DNA of 58,608 nucleotides, counting the filler, from Sphacelaria rigidula (Eukaryota): NCBI GenBank assembly GCA_964200075.2. It is 10 parts of 10 records of this genome, joined end to end, with 100 filler letters (N's around TTAATTAATTAA, not from the genome) between each part and the next. Parts side by side here need not be neighbours in the genome. Positions count along the whole stretch, not along the records: positions 52,839 to 58,608 come from CAXNAA020024597.1; 9 more parts are not named here. One strand, written 5' to 3'. A model generated the notes under the pieces. That model worked only from the letters and a program-made list of their open reading frames with translations, searched no databases and was not told where the DNA came from. Below are positions 54,160 through 58,608 of the stretch, in pieces; position 1 is the stretch's first letter; the number at the start of each line of letters is the position of its first letter. The position numbers were made by a program, and so were the translations under genes.

Positions 54160-57100
54160 ATGGACCAAGCACTCAACGTACAAACAACTCTGCAGTCAAT
54201 CCCCAAGTTCGACGGAACGAGAACAATGTTCCGCGAATGGCAGTCAAAGGTTCGGGTAGTAATCAAATGTCCAAACAAGTTCCTCTTCAATATTTTGAAG
54301 GGGAAAGAATGTCCGGAGCCAGCAGAAGGGCAGCTGCTGGACGATACTGCAGGAGCGCCTCTACCGATCGCGCAAGCCATTGAAAAATGGCAGCGCGGTA
54401 ATCAAGACCTCTCTTCCATTTTGTACCTCGCTACCACCTGATCAGCAAACATCCTCGTGTGACAGTACGAGGGCCGGGGGCAGGGGGAGGGACTCGGTGA
54501 TGGGATAGCTGCCTGGAAAGCCCTTGCGGGCAAATGTGACAACTACACGTTAGAGACGCGACGAGCATGCTACGGCGAGCTGTGCAATACAAAGATGCAG
54601 CCTGGACAGGATCCGGAGGACTCTTTTACAAAATGGACGACCTTCGGGCTCGACTGCATGACATGGGAGAAGTGGTCTCAAACGAGCGTTACGAGGACAT
54701 CATTCTGCACTCCATCACGAACGACTACGACTTTGTACGACAGACCAGCTTCCACGACCCCAACTTCGGGTCGGAGGAGATCGAGTCCACCGTGCGTAAC
54801 ATGTTCATCCACAACCTTCCTCGCGTATCCACAAAACCTGTTGTGGGCCGCGGCGTGGCCATGCAGGTGGCGCACGGCGACTTCAGCAGCATTCAGTTCT
54901 TTAAGTGCGACAAATATGGGCACCGTCGCAACACATCCCCTGAGCCTCTGCGAAGAAGATCATAAGAGCGCCAACAACAGCAGACGCAAAATAATCACTG
55001 GGATAAGGAAGAGACGGGAATTCCAAGTGGTGTGCTTTACACAAGACAAAAAGTCACAGCGACGAGCAGTGCTTCAAGCAGAGGACTACAAAGAAGGAAC
55101 AAGCTAGCAGTATCAACTTCGCCAGCATCGGCAGCGCGTGGATTGCCCAGACAGTAGAATCCGAACAGCCAACGTTTGGGTTTTCCTTCACATCTGTCGG
55201 GACTACGCTCGCGAACGTGGCGGAGGAGTCCAAGAAGCTGGAAGCGCACGACAAGTCAGTCTTTGTTCTTGGACCAACGCTGGAGAAAACAGTCCAACAA
55301 CGGGCTGCAGATTTTCGGGGATTACTTGGGGCGTTTGGCGAAGTTCCGGTAGGGGAGTCATACATGGCTACACCGACGGCTTTGGGTTCGGTGGGGCACA
55401 ATGACGACGGCATCAATAGCACATCCCTGATCATGCTGATGGATAGCGGTGCGTCTGCGATGGACACCACCTGGACAGCGAGCTCGCTCCCGGAATTCAA
55501 CGCCGGATGACAAACCTAGCGAAGCTGAAGTAGCCCCACACGACTGTTACCGCTGGGAAACAAATCGTGGAAGGCATCGCCACGGGCACTATGCTGGTAC
55601 TGTCACCGACCGAGACGGCGGGAAGCACCTGGTTTCACTCTCGGTCATCATCGTGTCTAGTCTGCGACGGCACCTCTTTTCAGTAGCTGCGGCATCAAAC
55701 ATAGGGGCTGTTACCATTTTCGACTCTGCTCAATCGTGCCTGGAGATGGGAAGCATCACTTCGCGGTTAAAACGGCGTGGGGACGACAAATTATTGTTCT
55801 CCTTTTCGTTGGATCTGAGGGGTGGAACGACGAGAATGGCCAAGCGAGCAGAGTCGGCGGACCTTTGGCACCGGCGTTCGGTAGACGTCAACCGCAGGAG
55901 TCTGGACGTCTTGAAGAAGGTGGGCGGCAACGGCGTCAACTACGACGGGAAGGTGTCAGCTTGCGATGTCTGTGCCGTCGGGAAAAGCACACAACAAGCT
56001 CACCCCAAGAAAGCTAGCTACAACGTAACCCGCCCCTTTCAACTAGTCTACACCGACCTTATGGGGCCCATCACTCCTCCAGCGTTGGTTGGCTACAACT
56101 ACATCAGCGAGTTTACCGACCGTGTGACCAAGTGGAAGGAGATATTCCTCATCAAGGACAAGAGCGACTTCATCGACTCTCTCAAAATGTTCGTGCAAGC
56201 ACTCGCAGTTTCAAGTGAGTTGAACGGATAGAGGAGGAGAGAACACCGGTGGTACGTTCAAGGACTACTGTCTTCAGAATGGCATTCGACAAGAGTTTGC
56301 CTCAGCAAACGTGCCGCAGCAGAATTGGCGCCTGCGAGCGTGACGGGAGGACTCTCGCCGGGATGGTGCGCTGCCCTCTCACCGACTCCGGCCTGCCGGA
56401 TTTTCTGTGGGGAGGACTCATGCAAACCGCGGTATACCTAGCGAACCGGGTGCCGCATGCAGCACTGGGAAATGTCACGCCGTACAGAGGCTTTTACGGC
56501 AAAAAGGCAAACCTTGGGCATCTTTGGGTCATGGGGACCAGAGCGTTCGTTTGCAATTAAACGCACACCAAGAAGCTCGATCCCCAGGCTTGGGAAGGAC
56601 CGCTCTGTGGGTAAAGCATAGACAGCAAGTCGTTTCGGATCTGCAATCCAGCCAAGAAGAACGTGAGGGAGAGCAGGAACGTCATTTTTATTGAGACGCC
56701 GTCTACCCTGCGGGCTCGGGAATAGACGGGCGATTTCAACGACACTGATTTCACGTACCAGGACCATGACCAACTTGTGAGAGACGTGAGGAACTACACT
56801 TCACGCCTTGACCTCAATTCGCCGCTCAACCACATCGCGGGGATCGATCTATCGGGATCGGATACCAACGAACTTCGGGACACGAAGAAAATCCGCGAAA
56901 CTACCGCTCGTGATCTGCGCTTACGCGCCGGGTCAGGGCCTGCATCGCCAGGGAAGAGTTCGCCGGCGGAAGCTATGCCAGGTGGAGAATCAAGAGGAGC
57001 ATCTTCAAAGGCCTCAGAAGAGGCACCTTCGTCTACTGCGGCAGGTGTCTCCCGTTCCAAGACGCGGAGCACCCCTTCCGCCAGAATACCGGATGCGCCG

Positions 57101-57300
57101 GGATGCCCAGCGACACGACCTAGCGGCCAACCTCTCGCTAATCCCAACACGCTCGACGACGGAGTTAGCGCGCCAACTTTTCGCGAACTCAATTCGCCTG
57201 CATACTACACCAAGGAAGTGGTGGCGGACATTGCCCACCACGAGGATGCGCTAAATTTTGTAGAGTACGCCCTCGCCGCCACCGATACCCAACTACAACG
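54160..57300 (+). pseudogene. gag-pol: Decayed Ty1/Copia gag-pol (Gag, protease, integrase), truncated before RT
   Basis: IPKFDGT..FREW; LMDSGAS (protease); LWHRR..CDVCAVGK; LVYTDLMGP; TDRGGE; ERDGRTL; LWG.LMQTAVYLANR; KKLDPQAWEG; SRNVIFIE. Protease-integrase order with no RT between; many stops and frameshifts. Confidence 0.95.
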
Positions 57301-57781
57301 TCGTTCGGAGCATTGCAGGTCATTGGGGTATTCGTCGGGTCTTGTTCTTGTCGTGGAAGTGCGATGTACAATGTAGTGCCGAAACTCATGAATATAACTC
57401 GGCCTTAGCTCCGGAGGTATGCGATTAATGAAATAATCATCACTAGAATTGTTCATTCTTTATATACTTTTTACTTTTTTACTTTTTACTTTTTTACTTT
57501 TTACTTATTTATTTTTTATTTATTTTTTATTTATTTTTTAAATATGGGATTTAGTAACCCCCCCCCCCCCATCCCCCCCGCCCCCGAAAACACCCAGGAT
57601 TAAAAAAATCGGCATAGGGCCTCGCATTTGTTTTTGGGCACTCCTATTCGTACTAGAAAATATATGGGCGTGCAATGATGACGGATATCCCAGCGAGTGT
57701 ACTATCCATGTATATGCGTCATAACTCTTGACTCGCACCCCTACCTGATGCGCACCGTCTCTTTCCTCCCTCTGTCGCTGG

Positions 57782-58400
57782 CACCTTTTCCACAAACCAG
57801 ACAGATCTCCTCGACGGAGACACGATCGAGCTCGACAAGGCCTTAGAGGATGTCGTGTCTAATGTCGCCGGAGTCGAGAGTGTCCAGCTGCTCGGCGTGA
57901 CGAGTCCAAGTCTCTTCGATCGTGCGTACCCGCCTAGTGTTGAATGTGTCGGTATCGTCCTCGCGTGGTGCCAAGTAAATGGATACGTTTGGAAGCATCA
58001 TCCCCACACAGGACAGAAGGACGTCGTGTTTGCGCCAGTTTCCAAGTTGAAGTTATTGAAATTTGCCCAGCTGTACTGAAGCGCCCGATTTATCGACTGT
58101 AACCTGCCCCATTAACTCTTGCGACCACCCGTACCCTTCGCCGCTGCCCCCGATCAATCGTTTCCGCAGGGTCATGCAGAAGACGTGCAAGACGCATCTC
58201 TTTCAAGTGTCGACGCTCGGCGTGACATCAAATTGCGCAGAGTAAGCGATTTGTGTAGGCCACGTACTGTCCCGCCAGGAGGGGAGCACGGCTGGGGTAG
58301 AGGTGGAGCAGGAGCGGTGGTCTTGGAGTCTACCGAGACCCAGCGTCCGGTGTTCGTTGTACCGTTGATTGCTGTTCAGCACAGCATGATGTTTTTTTTG
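57782..58400 (-). pseudogene. Single reading frame with three in-frame stops, unknown product
   Basis: ...SVDT*KRCVLHVFCMTL...GKFQ*LQLGNWRKHDVLLSCVGMM...HDIL*GLVELDRVSVEEICLVCGKG reads on as protein-like sequence past each stop. Confidence 0.35.
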
Positions 58401-58608
58401 GTTAGCCAGTTCCAAGTGCTCCCGGTGTTTTGCAGCTAATTTGCTGATGCGGTAGTATTTGTTTTCCCGTGTTGATGGGTCATGAGCTATTCTTGATGGG
58501 TCCGTCGGCACATGTTTCGAGTGCATTTTCGGAAATCCGATGCGGTTGGCGAGAGTCCCTGGCAAAATCGATTTGCTGCAGCTCATAGACGGGAGGCGCT
58601 CCATTGGC

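Overview
This window is not one locus. It is ten unrelated contigs (eight of 5771 bp, two of 5770 bp, apparently length-sorted) joined by nine artificial 100-bp linkers (N44-TTAATTAATTAA-N44), so nothing should be read across a linker. The DNA is eukaryotic, with short exons, mostly ~0.7-1.4 kb GT-AG introns and many repeats; a brown alga or related stramenopile is my inference. Host gene fragments: a DHHC palmitoyltransferase (4 exons), an IQ-motif coiled-coil protein, an alpha/beta-hydrolase exon, an FNIP-repeat protein, an unknown two-exon protein and an acidic terminal exon. Mobile elements: a decayed PIF/Harbinger transposase with a convergent partner ORF, an intact Copia-type gag, a decayed Copia element (LTR, half-tRNA-iMet primer site, gag-PR-IN), piggyBac- and hAT-like MITEs, an (AATC)n-tailed retroposon, tRNA-derived repeats and several long fold-backs. 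The most striking signal is an abundant ~500-bp non-coding repeat family. Its copies keep an invariant 3' end (ATGAGTACRC followed by poly(C)), are variably 5'-truncated down to 22 bp, and four are flanked by 8-10 bp direct repeats that begin with a C-run. This mirrors L1/Alu poly(A) insertion and suggests a poly(C)-tailed retroposon that targets C-runs. No database searches were run; family calls rest on motifs read by eye.
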